Under the pieces are notes generated by a model. It searched no databases. It saw nothing but the letters and a program-made list of their open reading frames with translations, and had not been told where the DNA came from. The position numbers and the translations under genes were made by a program. Of a stretch of DNA of 64,000 nucleotides, positions 25,442 through 39,600 are shown piece by piece; the first letter of the stretch is position 1, and the number at the start of each line of letters is the position of its first letter. Location of the stretch: positions 108,500,001 through 108,564,000 of the forward strand of contig NC_042998.1 of NCBI RefSeq assembly GCF_006345805.1, read 5' to 3'. The stretch comes from Octopus sinensis (Eukaryota).

Positions 25442-26769
25442 TCGCGTTACATATACATACTTACACGCATAGGTCGCATAGGTATATACGCACACAACAT
25501 ATGTAAGTATGTATGTGTGTCATTGTTCAGTTTTATTTCAAGATTTCTTGCCAATAGGGAGAGCGAGCCGGTTTCTAACCTATATCCAAGGCTCCTTCAT
25601 TGAAATTTCAACATGTATGTACGTATGTATGTATGTATGTACGTTGCTACAGAACTCCAGTAAATATGAACTCGGGATTTTAGCAAAGAGGAAAATCAAT
25701 GTTGTATATAAAAGTTTCTGGTTGACTTAAATCTTATTTAAATAGTATCCACGAGTCAAGATGTTTATCTATCAATAATCTAGTCACATAGTATTTCTAT
25801 GAAAGTTAGCAATTTAGAATATTTTACTAATAAGATTGAGAGAGCTAAAACTCAAGTTCATTTCTCTCTTGTAGAAACAAATCTATAAATAGCTAACATT
25901 GTGCATATAAAATATATATAACAGCATAGGATGAAATAGTGAACAAAGGTAAAGTAACAATGGTACTTTACAACAAACTCAGATGTACGTGGCAAACGAA
26001 ACTTCCGTTTTATAAACAAATCAATAATTCATAAAACGACTTCAAAACAAGCTTTATATATTTATCATCACACATTTTTGATACATAATTGAACACTAAC
26101 TGAAACTTGTTGCACTAATACAATAGTAACGAAAATGGAAAATACTGGTAATATATTGAATAACAATGTCGCAGTTTGTGTCTAAAGAAATAGACGAAGA
26201 ATGAAGTCTGCAATAAATCCAGAAAATAATTCAGTGTCTTATATGTCACTCGGGCTTTAAATGATTTTAATAATCACATAGCGATGACTCTGAATCGAGA
26301 ATTTCTTGAAATGTCCAGATTATTATAAATTAAATTTTTTTCCAGGAAATTTTTGACACACCTTGCCCCGCTCAATTTTCAAAGTTATTAATATTTCTTG
26401 CCGGTCGCGGGACTACGCAGAGACTGTCTCAAACCCTGCACATTTTAGTTGCTATGATGTTATATGAGTAGGTGTTTTACGAGTCCATCAGCTGTTTCTG
26501 GGGGCTTGGTATTCCAAAATAATGTTTAAAACCTGATTCTATTACCGGATACCAGCCGCCTCCGTCTTCAGGGAAGAATTTTACATTTGAGGTGTTGACA
26601 GAATGGAGATTAACACATCAAATATTGCTCCTATTATTTAAGAAAAACTAATGCGCTAAGATATATTTAGATTAAAATACCTAACTGTATGTTTTATGAT
26701 AGTTATATTAGTTTATTTTTCGTATTTTGTTTCTTATTTTTATCTTTGTTTTTATATAGATATACTTGC

Positions 26770-26965
26770 ATAGCAAGTGACTTGATCCGAGATCGTGTGC
26801 TGAAACAAAAACAATTGCAGCTTGGAAGGTGTTTATAAGCTATTTAAAAACACACAAAAACCGTTAGATTCACTTCAACATATAAATTTAATTTGTCGAA
26901 ATATTTTCGCCACTTTGAAACCGTGACCTGTTCACTGAAAAAGTTCCGACGCTCACGCTTAAAAA
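26770..26965 (-). mobile_element. Short non-coding element carrying a hammerhead-like fold
   Basis: Minus 26942-26891: UUUUUCA GUGAACA G GUCAC GGUUUCAAA GUGGC GAA AAUAUU U CGACAAA; boundaries approximate. Confidence 0.45.
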
Positions 26966-27139
26966 CATAAATATATTTAAACTGAGTTAGTTCTTAGATT
27001 TGTGATTCCTCATATATCAAAACTTACACTGAAGAGATTCTTACCCACAAACAATGGATTTTTATAATTTTATTGTGGGTAAGAACAGAAACAGTCGTAT
27101 GTAATTTGTATTTAAAATTTATTATATTATATTGTTACT

Positions 27140-27391
27140 CTTACTCTCTTTACTCTCTTTTACTCTTTTACTTATTTCAGTCATTTGACTGCGGCCATGC
27201 TGGAGCACCGCCTTTAGTCGAGAAAATCGACCCCAGGACCTATTCTTTGTAAGACTAGTACTTTTCTATCAGTCTCTTTTGCCGAACTGCTAAGTTACGG
27301 GACGTAAACACACCAGCATCGATTGTCAAGCGATGTTAGGGGACAAACACAGACACAAACACATACATACATACATACATACATACATACA

Positions 27392-27462
<71 letters not shown>

Positions 27463-27685
27463 CCGAAATAAGATTAAGATTAATGTAAAAAATGAATAAC
27501 GCTGAAGCAAAGTAACACGAAAATATATAGTGCGTGTGTTTTTATTGGCTAAACTGGCAAAATGACCATTCCTAAATACAACAATATATATATATACGAC
27601 GGGCTTTTTTCAGTTTCCGTCTACCAAATCCACTGACAAGGTTTTGGTCGGTCCGAGGCTATAGTAGAAGACACTTGCCCAAGTA
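27140..27685 (-). mobile_element. SINE, family S2 (head truncated; internal microsatellite interrupted at ~27440-27590)
   Basis: Reverse complement matches 50885-51175 (cttgggcaagtgtcttctactatagcctcgg...; tttgtcccc..aacatcgcttgacaa); tail ggcggtgctccagcatggcc...taaaagag. Confidence 0.85.
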
Positions 27686-27759
27686 AAAGATTGGATATTT
27701 TCATCCCTTTCTTCCAAGCTCTCCTGTGTGACCCCTCTGTCCGGCATTCGACATGGTAG

Positions 27760-27915
27760 ATCGTTAGCCACTAATTTTTTTTATTTTCTCTCCCTGTTTC
27801 TTTCTGTGTTCCTTTGTGTCGAAGAGCGTAGGCTCGAAACGTAAAAGACTTTCTCACTTACCCAGCGTTAAACTAATACATCTATTTGTTGGTTACACAC
27901 CCGTCTTCGTCTTTA
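27760..27915 (+). mobile_element. Short PLE pLTR-like element next to (TA)n; related copy at 46215-46420
   Basis: Both contain cgttagcc...gaagagcg(t/c)agg(c/t)tcgaaacgtaaaa...agcgtta(a/t)actaatacatct.tttgt...c.gtcttcg. Confidence 0.7.
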
Positions 27916-27949
27916 TTTTTTGTAAATTGTCACTATATATAATATATAT

Positions 27950-28021
<72 letters not shown>

Positions 28022-28079
28022 TGTGTGTATATGTAGGTATGTAAGTATGTATGTATGTCCTTAAAGCCTTGGTAACAGG

Positions 28080-29240
28080 TTCGAACTCTGATGTCATATA
28101 TCTTCAACAGAGTCGACCACTATATCCTACTGTTAAAATTGTTAAATGCTGGAATCTGTGGAAAACTACTATACTGGATTGAGTATTTCCTGGAGAACAG
28201 AACACAACACGCGGTGATCGGAGGAATCCACTCAAGCCCAGCAAATCTCACCAGTAGTGTCCTTCAAAGAACTGTCTTGAACTCGTTTCTGTTTATAGTC
28301 TATATAAACGACATCTCAAGCGTCATAAAAACTCCAAGCTACAAAATATTATCAACGAAGAAGACCGAACTGAACTCAAGTCTGAACTAAATGCTGTAAG
28401 TCAATAGGCAAACAAAACCAAAATGCAACTGAACGAGGGAAAATTTGAACTGATGCATTTTGGAAGAAAGACTATGCTAAAACGACCATACTCTCTTCCT
28501 TCAGGGGAACTACTAACAAAATCTAATTATATCAGAGACCTGCTGACGTGTCCACATCAACAATAAGTTTGATATAGCAGGTAGGATGAGCTCCTGGATC
28601 CTAAGTACCTTCCAATCTAGAGAACAAAGTGTCATCATTCCTCTTTTCTCCTTTGTACAGCCACACATCGATTATTGCTGGCACCATTCTCCCTATTCAA
28701 AAACAAAACATTCACCCCAGAGGGCATTCACTAAAAGAATTAAGGGCATGACTGATCTCGATTACTGGGACCGCTTAAAACCTTGAAGTTCTATTCTCTC
28801 CAGCGCGGCAGTGATCGAAACATCATTTGCACGATGTGGAGAATATACCACCAGCATTGCCCAAACGACCTCAATATTAGTTTCAGAATTCATCCAAGGC
28901 TAGGATCACAGGCTGTGCGTCTCTTACCCAATTCAGGATCACAACACATAAGTACACTACAACACAATTTCTTTTCCTGAACAAGTCCTGCCCTATCTAA
29001 CATTGTCCCAAAACAGACCAAAGAGGAAAAGGATTCCATCACCTTTAAACGCAATCTGGACAAATTTCTTCAAGGAATACCAGATAAGCAACGTATACCT
29101 GGATACAGCTCACTCAAAAAAGAACTCTCTATTCGAATAGACCATGATACCACAAAACTTGATTTAAAAAGGATTTAGCAAATCCTATCAAGTGGTACTA
29201 TGAAGTTAGACGTGGCGTGGACCAATCTTTGGTGGAAACA
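28080..29240 (+). mobile_element. CR1/L2-type LINE 3' portion (decayed RT)
   Basis: RVDHYILLLKL..GICGKLLYWIEYFLENRTQ...TVLNSFLFIVYINDI; later VQPHIDYC and QRAFTKRIKGMTDLDYWDRLK. Confidence 0.85.
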
Positions 29241-29317
29241 TACATAAGTTATCAAAGTTATACATACGTACATACATACATACATATATATGTGTATATA
29301 CATACATACATGCATAC

Positions 29318-29360
<43 letters not shown>

Positions 29361-29464
29361 TATATACATTCAAGTGAAAAATATTGTATGTGGTTAGACG
29401 GTTTAAGATCTATTTTTCAGCATATTGGCATAGAAAAATGTTTTCTTTTGCCCTTATTTATAAT

Positions 29465-29823
29465 TAACTCCGCCAAGGAAGGAGATTATGTTTTCATCGG
29501 CGTTGGTTTGTCCGTCTGTCTGTCTGTGTCCAAAATAACTCAAAAAGTTGTGAACGGTATTTGATGAAACTTGCAGGAAAAGTAATGATACAAAGAACAG
29601 ATGATTAAATTTTGGTAGTGATGCGGGAATTTTTATGGATTCTTGAAGGATTTTTCATTTGTTATATCTACTTTACATGAAGTATTACAATGTTACGTTC
29701 TTTGATTATCTCCCTGAAAACACGTTCATCGTTTCCACGTAGCCTACGGTGGCGTTGCTGATTCCAAAATTTATTTTTCGTTTCTCTATTAGTAATCCTA
29801 AAATGAACTGCTTGGCGGAGGTC
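29465..29823 (+). mobile_element. Helentron-type non-autonomous element (HINE-like)
   Basis: Subterminal inverted repeats actccgccaag ... cttggcggaggt; (GTCT)n; aaataactcaaaaagtt. A separate 3'-end-like stem (ctgcgctctccgagtgcttttctagt) lies at 30750-30778. Confidence 0.6.
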
Positions 29824-29849
29824 GGCGGAGGATTAAATGACAAGCCTTG

Positions 29850-30280
29850 ACTATTGGGATCGACTCAAAAAGTCCACCGCCGCTGTGAGCTCTATATCTT
29901 TTGTATGACGTGGAAAATATTCCATCAACATTACCCATATTTAAAATTCGTCCGAAACTTGGCCCCCGTGCCATCCATCCACTACAGAAATGTTCGTGTC
30001 GTATCACAACACTATGACAACTATTTCACCTCAATTGGCCCTGCTCTCTTCAACATCGTACCAGACACACATAAAGGAGGAAAGTGACTTGACGGCATTC
30101 CAACGATCCCAAGATGATTACCCCCAACAAATACCAGATAAATCACCCACACCCAGATATGTCTCTGAAAACAATAACCCTCTGCTTGAATGGGCTACGG
30201 TTCCCCAGAGGTGACTGTGTATCTCTTCCAGTTGGTGGTTTTAAATTAGACATCGCCTGAGTCAACTTCTGCCAAACTTA
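29850..30280 (+). mobile_element. CR1-type LINE 3' fragment
   Basis: WKIFHQHY...NYFTSIGPALFNIVP...QQIPDKSPTPRY parallels the end of 28080-29240. Confidence 0.7.
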
Positions 30281-32149
30281 TCTAAGTAATTTAATCAATG
30301 CTGTAACCTTTTAATCAAAGCATGATAACGTGGATAAAGACTGATATCTTAACATTTCTGATGGTCTTAAGTATAAAAAAAATTATTAAAGATTTATATA
30401 GAACTACATTCAGAATATGCCTATAAGCTAATGTGTTTAGACCTGGTTTCTATCCACAAACTGTTCCGTTTTGTAGATGCAATTTTTTTTATAAAGAACT
30501 CCGAAATTAGAAAAATCAAAAATCTGCAACAATCTCGATCCCATGAGTATCGGACAATGGATTTTCAACAGTGTAAAGAAACTGATTGTCGTGATCGTAG
30601 TTTTGACGGTGATTGTGGTGAAAGCAGAGACAGTGTTGATGATGACGATGGTCAAGATAAGTATGGGAGAAGGATAAAATAGTATCGGTGGTTATAATGG
30701 TGACAGGAGCGGTGTGATCTGAGGTGGAAATGAGCTGCTTGGTGCAGGTCTGCGCTCTCCGAGTGCTTTTCTAGTTGTTTAAATTTTCCCCTTGAAAGGT
30801 ATTTTAATATGCTGGCCAGTGATAGAATATTTTTTGAAAATTGTTATCCTTATATTAGAAGTGTATATGTATGTATGTATGTATGTATGTATTTTTCACC
30901 CGGTTACGTTAAATGACCAGAATTGATAGCAGAGATAACTAAGATTAATAGAATAAAAGTCTAATTTCATACTCAGATTCACCACACAAAAACAGATAAA
31001 GAACACTCATCTAAACACTTATGACAAAATTGCTGTTGTGCAGTTTTTGATTGGATCAAAGAAAGTGCGATCCATTTCAGCCTTGCATTAGTTATACAAA
31101 GGAAACTTAGACCTGCTCCATTGTCTGTCCTTTTCACAATATTCCTTTCACTTTATCTCTTTCAATACAGACCTCGGCCACAGAGGAATCGGTTTTTGTC
31201 TTCTCTTACTTTAGCTAATCTTAAAAAGATCGATTTACCGTACTTTGATTCTGACAGATTATTGCATACAATTTTGATGGCGCAAATGATTACTGTGTTT
31301 CAGTCAGTCATAATTCTAAAACTGTCATGTTTATGGCTTACCGATCCGGAACCAAAGTCAGTATTAATGGAAAAAGCATATGAGCAAAAAGGTATTCATG
31401 TAATATAATTTCAGAAGCTACACATTTACACTATTGTTTGTAATATAAACAAAATAGTGTGAAGCTACTAGACTTGCTATAAAGTATTAATTCAACTGCA
31501 GTAATCACTAGGAGCCTAAATCAGTTGTAGATGCTGCTGCTATGAACTCACTATCAGGGCCCACGTAATCTTAGCACCATTAACTCAAAACCTTTACCTC
31601 ATGAACCAACGAGAGATTCCCTGCATGGCCGCACGACTCGTTACTTTAGCAGTCAAATCTTCCTCAAATTACTGCCATTTTTAGAAAAGAATATGAAAAA
31701 TACAAGATGGTTACTTTTGGAATACTTTTACTCATAAGTCTGCTCGATAAGGACTAACTTGAGCTTATACGACGTGCTTATTGAATAAATAAGAGCAAGA
31801 ACCCTCTTTGTCATGCACTCGGATTATTAACGAAGCTAAAAGCTGTTTCTGTCTTTTTGATCAGCAACTCATGCAATCTGTTTGCTTTCTTTCAATAGCT
31901 TTCACTTATAGCAAAAAATGAGATTGGACCGGTCGTTGTTAACTCAATTTTCAGTTAGTCTTAAGACATTGCATTTATACGAGATATAAAGTTGCTACAT
32001 TTCGATTCCGCCAGGTTTCAAATGAATATGAAGATTTCTTCTTTGTTTTACTCCAGTAACATTTTCTACTTACTCTCTGTATATGAATTGAAAAGCACAT
32101 TGTTCCAAGATAATATAAATAACAGAATTTCTACAGTAAATGATTTTTT

Positions 32150-34330
32150 GTAAATTGTTCTATTCTTTTATGCGTTTCAACCCAAAGGTTGCTACAGAGG
32201 CCATGCTGGAGCACCGCCTCTGTAGCCAACTTTTCCATAGCCATTCTTATGAATTCTGGATTTTTATGAAGAAGGGGATTTGACATTGTTGCCCTCTTTT
32301 GAGTTTCTTGCCGTGTTGTAGGTTCATCTGGGACTTTGAACAGTAGGAGGTCAAGTTGTTTCTCGAAAACATCTACCTGTACTCCGTGAAAATCCCTCAT
32401 GTGTTTTGGCATGGGCTCTTGAAACCGAAGCTATTGAAATACAAAGTCCTCACTATGAATGGGATAGCTGGAACTTTTCGAACAGTGCAGTGACGTCCAG
32501 TACGAGGAATGGTAAAACTCTCGAAGACAAAGTTTAGTCCCGTCAACCTAGGATCTTCTATACATATATCACTGCATATTTCTCCTGTCTTCGCTCCAGG
32601 GAGTAGAGTTGTAGTTCTTTCAGTCTATCCCAGTAGCTCAGCCGTTCCATTAGTGTAATCTTCCCGGTTTAGCATCGCTGAACTGCCTCAGCGTCTATTA
32701 ATCTGACACTGTGGAATGACCACAATTGATAGCAGTAGTCTAGACGGCTGAATAAAAATGTCTTCCATAGAACTACCAGAGTTTCCTGGTCTCTTGTTTT
32801 GAAAGTTCTCACAATGGCACTATCTTGGTGAATTCCATGTGAAACGAGACGTTATTACTCATATCGATCCCCACATCTCGTACCGTACTTCTCAATGGGA
32901 TTGCTACTCCTTTTGGCCATGGTTTGGAATTTCCCTGCGTTAAAATGCTTGTTGCTTTCTTCAGCCTGTTTATATATGGCATTTGTAGAAGATTAGCATC
33001 AGTAGGTTCATTGGCTCCATGTACTATTTCGTATCGTCGGTATAACTAGTAAGTGTGACTGTTAACATGTCCGAAAGAGCCACAATAAACAGCAGCGGTC
33101 CCAATACAGTTCTCTGAGTCTCTCCCTACTACTGTTTCCTTGGAGAAGACCCTCCCTATTGTCTGTCACCTCCAATTTAAGAAGTCGTATAATCACTCTC
33201 CCAGTTTTATGACTATGCCAAGTCTCCGTAGCTTCTGACATATCGTCCAGTGATCAATATAATCAAAGGCCTTTGCAAAATCAAGATATACCATATCCAC
33301 GTTCGGGTGATTCATTAGTTGTTTCAACATCCAGTCATATTACTGCAGAAGCTGTATAAGGCAGATTCTTCCTGAGCAGAAGCTATGCTGGGTGTTAGGG
33401 AGTAAGTTATTAACCTCCAAGAATGCGATCAATTTCCTCTTGACAATGCGTTCCATGACTTTGCTGACATGGGAAGCTAGAGAGACAGGCCTAAACTTCG
33501 TAGCATCCCACCTGCCACCTCCTTTATCGACAGAACATGTTATGCCTTCCTTTAACTTGCTGGGAAATCACCCAGTAGCGAGGAAGCTTTAAAAGAAGTT
33601 CTGTAGTGGTCTTGTTAGAGCCCCTTTGCATTTCTTCAGGAGGATTGTTGGAAATCCTTCAAGACATGTGGCTGAGTCTAAGCTTATTTCATCACTGGCT
33701 GATATTGCAAGTTTCCTCTATGTTGATATTATTAATAATTGCCACCTCTTTGTGTAGAGCGGTATCGCAAAAGAAGTTATCAGGTATATCTGCTTGCAAG
33801 TGCTACAGCGGAGTTGTGAAAATACTTTTGTATTGTATTTTCAGTATTTCACTTATCCTCAGAGGTCTGCAATTGGTGAGTCATTTTCTTCGAACAGTGG
33901 CCCTATCTTGTGCCGTAGTGAAGCATACTCTTTTGCAAATCTATATAAGACTTTAGGATTTGGTTTTACCTTTTTTACAGCACTAGCTTCCTTTACTGCA
34001 CTCATGGGAGTGTTTAGCCTACTTTCAATCTCAAGCAGTGTTTGCTTGAGATTTTTCGCTATCCTTTACTGGCCCACTTAAACGGTTTGAGATATTTGCT
34101 AATCGTCTCATTGGAATCTTCTTATCTCTGGGTGTTATGTTTTTTCTTTTGGTTTGTCATTCTCTCTCGCGCAAAATTACTGCATATGTCATGCATGATT
34201 GGCATAAATTTCCGTAGTTTTATATCAATATATTTTGTAGAGAGACTTGTAGACCAGTTTTGTTCTATGACCTCTTTCTGAATACCTTCCAATCAGCTTT
34301 TTGAAAGTTCAGGCTGGAAAGGTGTTGGGT
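32150..34330 (-). mobile_element. CR1-type LINE, ~2.2 kb decayed RT region with 3' end
   Basis: Minus-strand VYLDFAKAFD (~33265-33295) and TVLGPLLF (~33090-33115); 3' stem-loop at 32191-32226. Confidence 0.88.
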
Positions 34331-34375
34331 GCTTCAACTAACCTGCATATCTGCAGTTCTCTGTGGACCATACGT

Positions 34376-34437
<62 letters not shown>

Positions 34438-34453
34438 TATTATTATTATTATT

Positions 34454-34493
<40 letters not shown>

Positions 34494-34529
34494 GAATGGA
34501 TAAATTATAAAAAAGCCTATGACAATAAC

Positions 34530-36325
34530 ATGGATAACATATAAGAAAACTTATAACATAATCTCACACACGTGGGTAAGTGAATGTTTGAGTATATTCA
34601 GTATTGCAGACAACATTAGAGAATTAAATAGCTTTAGCATGAAGAAATGGAAAGTAAATCTCTACTCAGGCGACACAGCATTAGGGAAAGTTAATATCAA
34701 GAGAGGAATTTTCCAAAGAGTCTCGTTATCCCCTTGAATATTTGTCTTGTGTTTAACCCCACTCAGTTTAGTATTAAGGAAAGCAAAGTAAGGGTATCAG
34801 TTCATAAATAGTAAAGGAAAAATTAATCATTTGCTCTACATGGTTGATCAGAAGCTTTTTGGTAAGGATGAAAAAGTGATAGATTCCTTAATACAAACTG
34901 TAAGACTCTTCTGCAAATATATAGGCATGAAATTTGGCCTAAAAAAGTGTGCAATATTAGTCGGGAAAAAAGGGACAGGTAGTCGACAGTGAGGGCATAA
35001 ATTACCAGATGGCTAGAAATTAAAATCATTGAAAGAATGAGAGGGTTATAAATATCTAGAAGTATTAGAATCTGACAGGCTACTTATAGAAATGAAAACA
35101 AAAATTGAGAAGTACATCAGAAGGGTGAGGAAGCTAAAGAAGTCAAAGTTAAATGATCCGGATCTAGTGACGGCTGCAAACACTTGAGCAGTGTCGTTAC
35201 TTAGATACACAACAGCTTTCGTAGAGTTTACCACATCTGAATTAGATAAGCTAGACAGAAGAACTGGGAAGGAATTCAATATGAATAGAGGACTCCACCT
35301 AAGGACAGGAGTAGTAAGATTATATTTTCCTAGAAAGGAAGGTGGAAGAGGGCTACTGTCAGTAGAAGACTGCGTGGAGTTAGCTAGAGTAGATATAACC
35401 ACCTTCTCTGTAAGTAATAGTAAAGGAAGTTTATTAAGAACTGTTACAGTCACATGGGACATAGAGAAACTAAAGAGCCAAATGAAGTTAAAAACCAGAA
35501 AAAAGTCATCTGACTGGCAAAGAGAAGGCATTGTATGGTATATTCCCAAAGATAGCTGCAAGAAATAGTAATGAGACATGGTTGTGGTTTCAGAAAGGAA
35601 GGCGGAAAATAGAGACAGAATGTTTGTTAGTAGCTGCACAAGGTCAAACATTAAGGACTTATTGGATAAAAACTAAAAGCCAAGATGGACAAAAACCAAG
35701 TAGATTCCAAATGTAGATTATGCAAATTGAAAAAGGAAAGTTTCACTCATATAGAATGTGGATGTAGCATGCTGACACAAAGAATACCAGAAAAGACATC
35801 ACAACCGAGGGAGAGTAATCCACTAGGAGATATATGGAAAGATAGGATTTGACCGTACGGATAAATGGCATGAACATGAACCTGGTAAAGAACTAAAAAG
35901 TAAGAAATATAAGATGTTGTTGGACTTTATCACTCAGATTGACAATGTAATAGAAGCTTCAAGGTCTGATTTAGAGGTAGACGATAAAGACAATATAAGG
36001 TGACAGAAATTGACTTTACAGTCCCAAGTGATGAAAAGTTAATGTGAGAGGTATAGAGAAAATAGCAACGTACCAGGAGTTATAGGGACTATGGAATGTG
36101 CGGGTAAAATATATCCCAGTAGTTATTGGTGCATTGGGAACTATCCCTAAAAATTTGAACAGATGGATAGAGGAAATAAGCGTAAAACCAAATTTAGTGC
36201 AGCTACAGAAAATAGTGTTATTAGGGGCAGCTAGAATACTTAGGAGAGTTCTTGGCATCTAAGGTTACTTGTTGTAGCCCGATGTTAGGAGCTTTTCTTT
36301 TCCAATCTGTTGAGCGTATATGAAA
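34530..36325 (+). mobile_element. R4/Dong family D, decayed 5'-truncated copy
   Basis: IKRGIFQRVSLSP, LHLRTGVVRLYFPRKEGGRGLLSVEDC, LLVAAQGQTLRT, LGAARILRRVLGI*; AAT/ATT tracts on both sides. Confidence 0.88.
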
Positions 36326-36339
36326 TAATAATAATAATA

Positions 36340-36410
<71 letters not shown>

Positions 36411-36541
36411 TAATAATAATAATAAATAATAATAATAACAACAACAATAATAATACTAATAATAATGATAATAATAATGATAATAATAATAACAATAATG
36501 ATAACAACACAGCAACAATAATAATAATAGTAATAATAAAA

Positions 36542-36595
<54 letters not shown>

Positions 36596-36633
36596 TTAAC
36601 AATAATATTAATAATAATATTAATAATAATAAC

Positions 36634-36665
<32 letters not shown>
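36326..36665. repeat. Long imperfect (AAT)n tract between two Dong elements
   Basis: Direct reading. Confidence 0.97.
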
Positions 36666-39600
36666 GGAACACCGGGGGACTTTTAAGATGTAAGAAGGAA
36701 AATTCAGAGCTCCGAAACCTATCCACAAACATCGAAAACAAGGACATCCTATGGAGCCAAAGTTTTACTAACAAAGAATTGGACTGTATCCGAGTAAGTA
36801 ATACAAATTGAAATTTATTACTATTTTCGAAACGAAATGATGTATTTTGACTCGATATCATCTCCACCTCTAACGCAACACATGTTAAATGCGTGAAACA
36901 TCACGATCATCTCCGACCCCAAACACCATGTACAAAGGAACTACGAAGAAATTAAATGCCATCGATACTATTCAACCCAAGAATAACAATCGATCGAGCG
37001 GTACGTACATTAAACCTACAAAAAAAATGTACGAAAAACTACACGTGCGAAATAAGTGACAACAGAAATAAACGGACCGGTACCCTACGAAAATGACGAC
37101 GGTCAAAATAATGGGCCGGACGTTGTACCTCATGTCCCGCAAATAAAACCCAAAAGACGTAAATGGACACGCGAGGAATACATTTCTATCTTACACGCAT
37201 ACTTCACAGCAGTACTCTACCCAAAAAATGAAAATACAACAACAATACATATAAAATATGGAAGGAAAATAATAGAGATTTAGACTTGGATACAGCAATG
37301 AACCCTAATAAATTAGCTAACGTACGAAGATACATTCTCAACACAAAAAAAAATCATCAGAAATAGAATAGAACACCTAAAAGAAAACATACACCAGGAA
37401 AATGTAGATAGAAGCCACACAACAATGCCCAATAATATAAACACTGAAACTGTAAAACACGAAGACAAACGCAACATTCCCAACAAACACAATGTAAACA
37501 ACGGGGAGCCTAATGATTATGATAATATAAAAAATAAAATAATCAAAGAACTAAAAACCACAGAGCTCAAAATGGACCACCGACCATACCTCCCAAGAAT
37601 AAAAATAAACGCAATAACAACACCAATTATAAACAACATAAACCTAGCCGTCACTGAACTAGCCACTGAAACAAAAAAAAGTGATATCACTGAACTAAAT
37701 GACTTGATATACGCAGCAGCCACTGCAGCCACAAAAGAAGCTGGATACTCACCCAAACCCGCCCAAACAGGAGTACCACCACCCAAACAAACCCTGTGGA
37801 TAAATAACATCCAAAACAAAAAAAAAAAATTAGAAAAGAACTGTCGATTCTTAATGAAAACAGCAAACAAGCAACGCTACTGAGCAACAAAAAGAGAACA
37901 AAAATGCTCCGCAAATATAACACCACAGAAAAAGATTTGCCGGAGATAAAAGAAAAGCTGAAGCAAGATATCCTTGCCAAAGCTCAAAGGATCCGCCGGT
38001 ACGAGAAACGCCAACGCTTCTTTGAACAGAACAAAAAGTTCAACTCCGACCCAAAAACGTTCTACCAAGAACTGGGCAAAAATAAAATAGAAGTCACTGC
38101 AGCACCAACGGCAGAAGAATTGGAAGAATTCTGGGGAGAAATATGGTCGGCGAACGAACCACCAAAAAAAAGGAGTATCAAAATAACAAACTCATCTCGG
38201 CTGAACAAACTTGGACCCCCATAACAACTGAAGAGGTCACCCAGGCACTGCAAAGACTAAGCAACTGGAAGGCACCTGGCATGACAAGATCCCCAACTTC
38301 TGGTTGAAATATCTAACAGGAATGCACAAAAAGCTGGCTGAAAACTTTAACAACGTACTAGCAGAGCCAGAGACAATGCCTGAATGGCTCACGAAGGGGA
38401 AAACCATCTTAATTCCCAAATCAAATGAAACAGAAAAACCAGAAAACTACAGACCAATAACCTGCCTCCCTACTATGTTCAAGGCATTTACTGCAGTGAT
38501 ATCACAAAGGCTGAACAAGCACCTGGACGAATACAAACTGTTCCCAGAAGAGCAGAAAGGATGCCGCAAAGGCTCATATGGCTGTAAAGATCAACTAATG
38601 ATTAATAAAGCCATAACTGAAGACAGCCACAGAAAGAAGAAAAGGCCTCAGTATGGCCTGGATTGACTACAAAAAGGCATTTGATAGCATCCCCCACACA
38701 TGGATCCTCGAAACACTAGCCATTAACAAAGTAGCACCAACAATCATAAAATTCATAGAGCACTCTATGAATAAATGGCAAACAGTCCTACACCTCCAAA
38801 CAAAAGAGGGACTCATGAAAACCAAAGACATCCCCATTAGAAGAGGAATATTCCAGGGAGATACGCTCTCTCCACTCCTTTTCTGCTTGGCACTGTCACC
38901 TCTATCTGATATGCTAAATAGAACTGGATGCGGATATAAATGTTACGGCAAAACGATCAGCCACCTTTTATATATGGATGACCTAAAACTATACGCTGCA
39001 AATGACAAACAGCTGGAAACACTATTAAAGACAGTTCATGGATTTACCAAAGAAATAGATATGAAATTTGGATTAGAAAAATACGCCAAAGTAACCATGA
39101 AAAGAGGGAAAACTAGTTAAGAGTAACAACATCACACTAGATGAAGCAAATGAAATAAAAGAATTAGACCAAAGCCAAACTTACAAATACTTAGGAATCC
39201 ATGAACTAGATAAGACACAACACACACAAATGAAAAGAAAAATAAAAAAAAAGAATATTATAGACGAGTTAGATCAATACTAAACACAGAGCTCAATGCT
39301 AAAACAAGATAATAGGTATCAACACTTTAGCTGTCCAGTTATAAGTTACAGCTACAATATCCTTAACTGGACACGAAATGAACTGACCAAAATAGATAGG
39401 AAAACAAGAAAAATAATGACAGGATCTAGGATGCATCACCCAAAATCTGACATAGAAAGACTAATATACAACGTATAGAAGGTGGTAGAGGCCTTATACA
39501 GCTGGAAAACTACTATAAAATAACCACCATAGGACTGCAAAAATATCTACTTCAGAAGGAAGGAAAACTGATCCAGATAGCGGCAAAACACGAGCAAAAC

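Noticed and set aside
26543-26578. Minus-strand CUGAAGA-CGGA...UCCG-GUAA hammerhead-like motif
   Set aside because: GAAA is broken and no convincing stem I or III; too degenerate to call
36265-36867. 200-aa hydrophobic ORF resembling a membrane protein
   Set aside because: Antisense read-through of the (AAT)n tract
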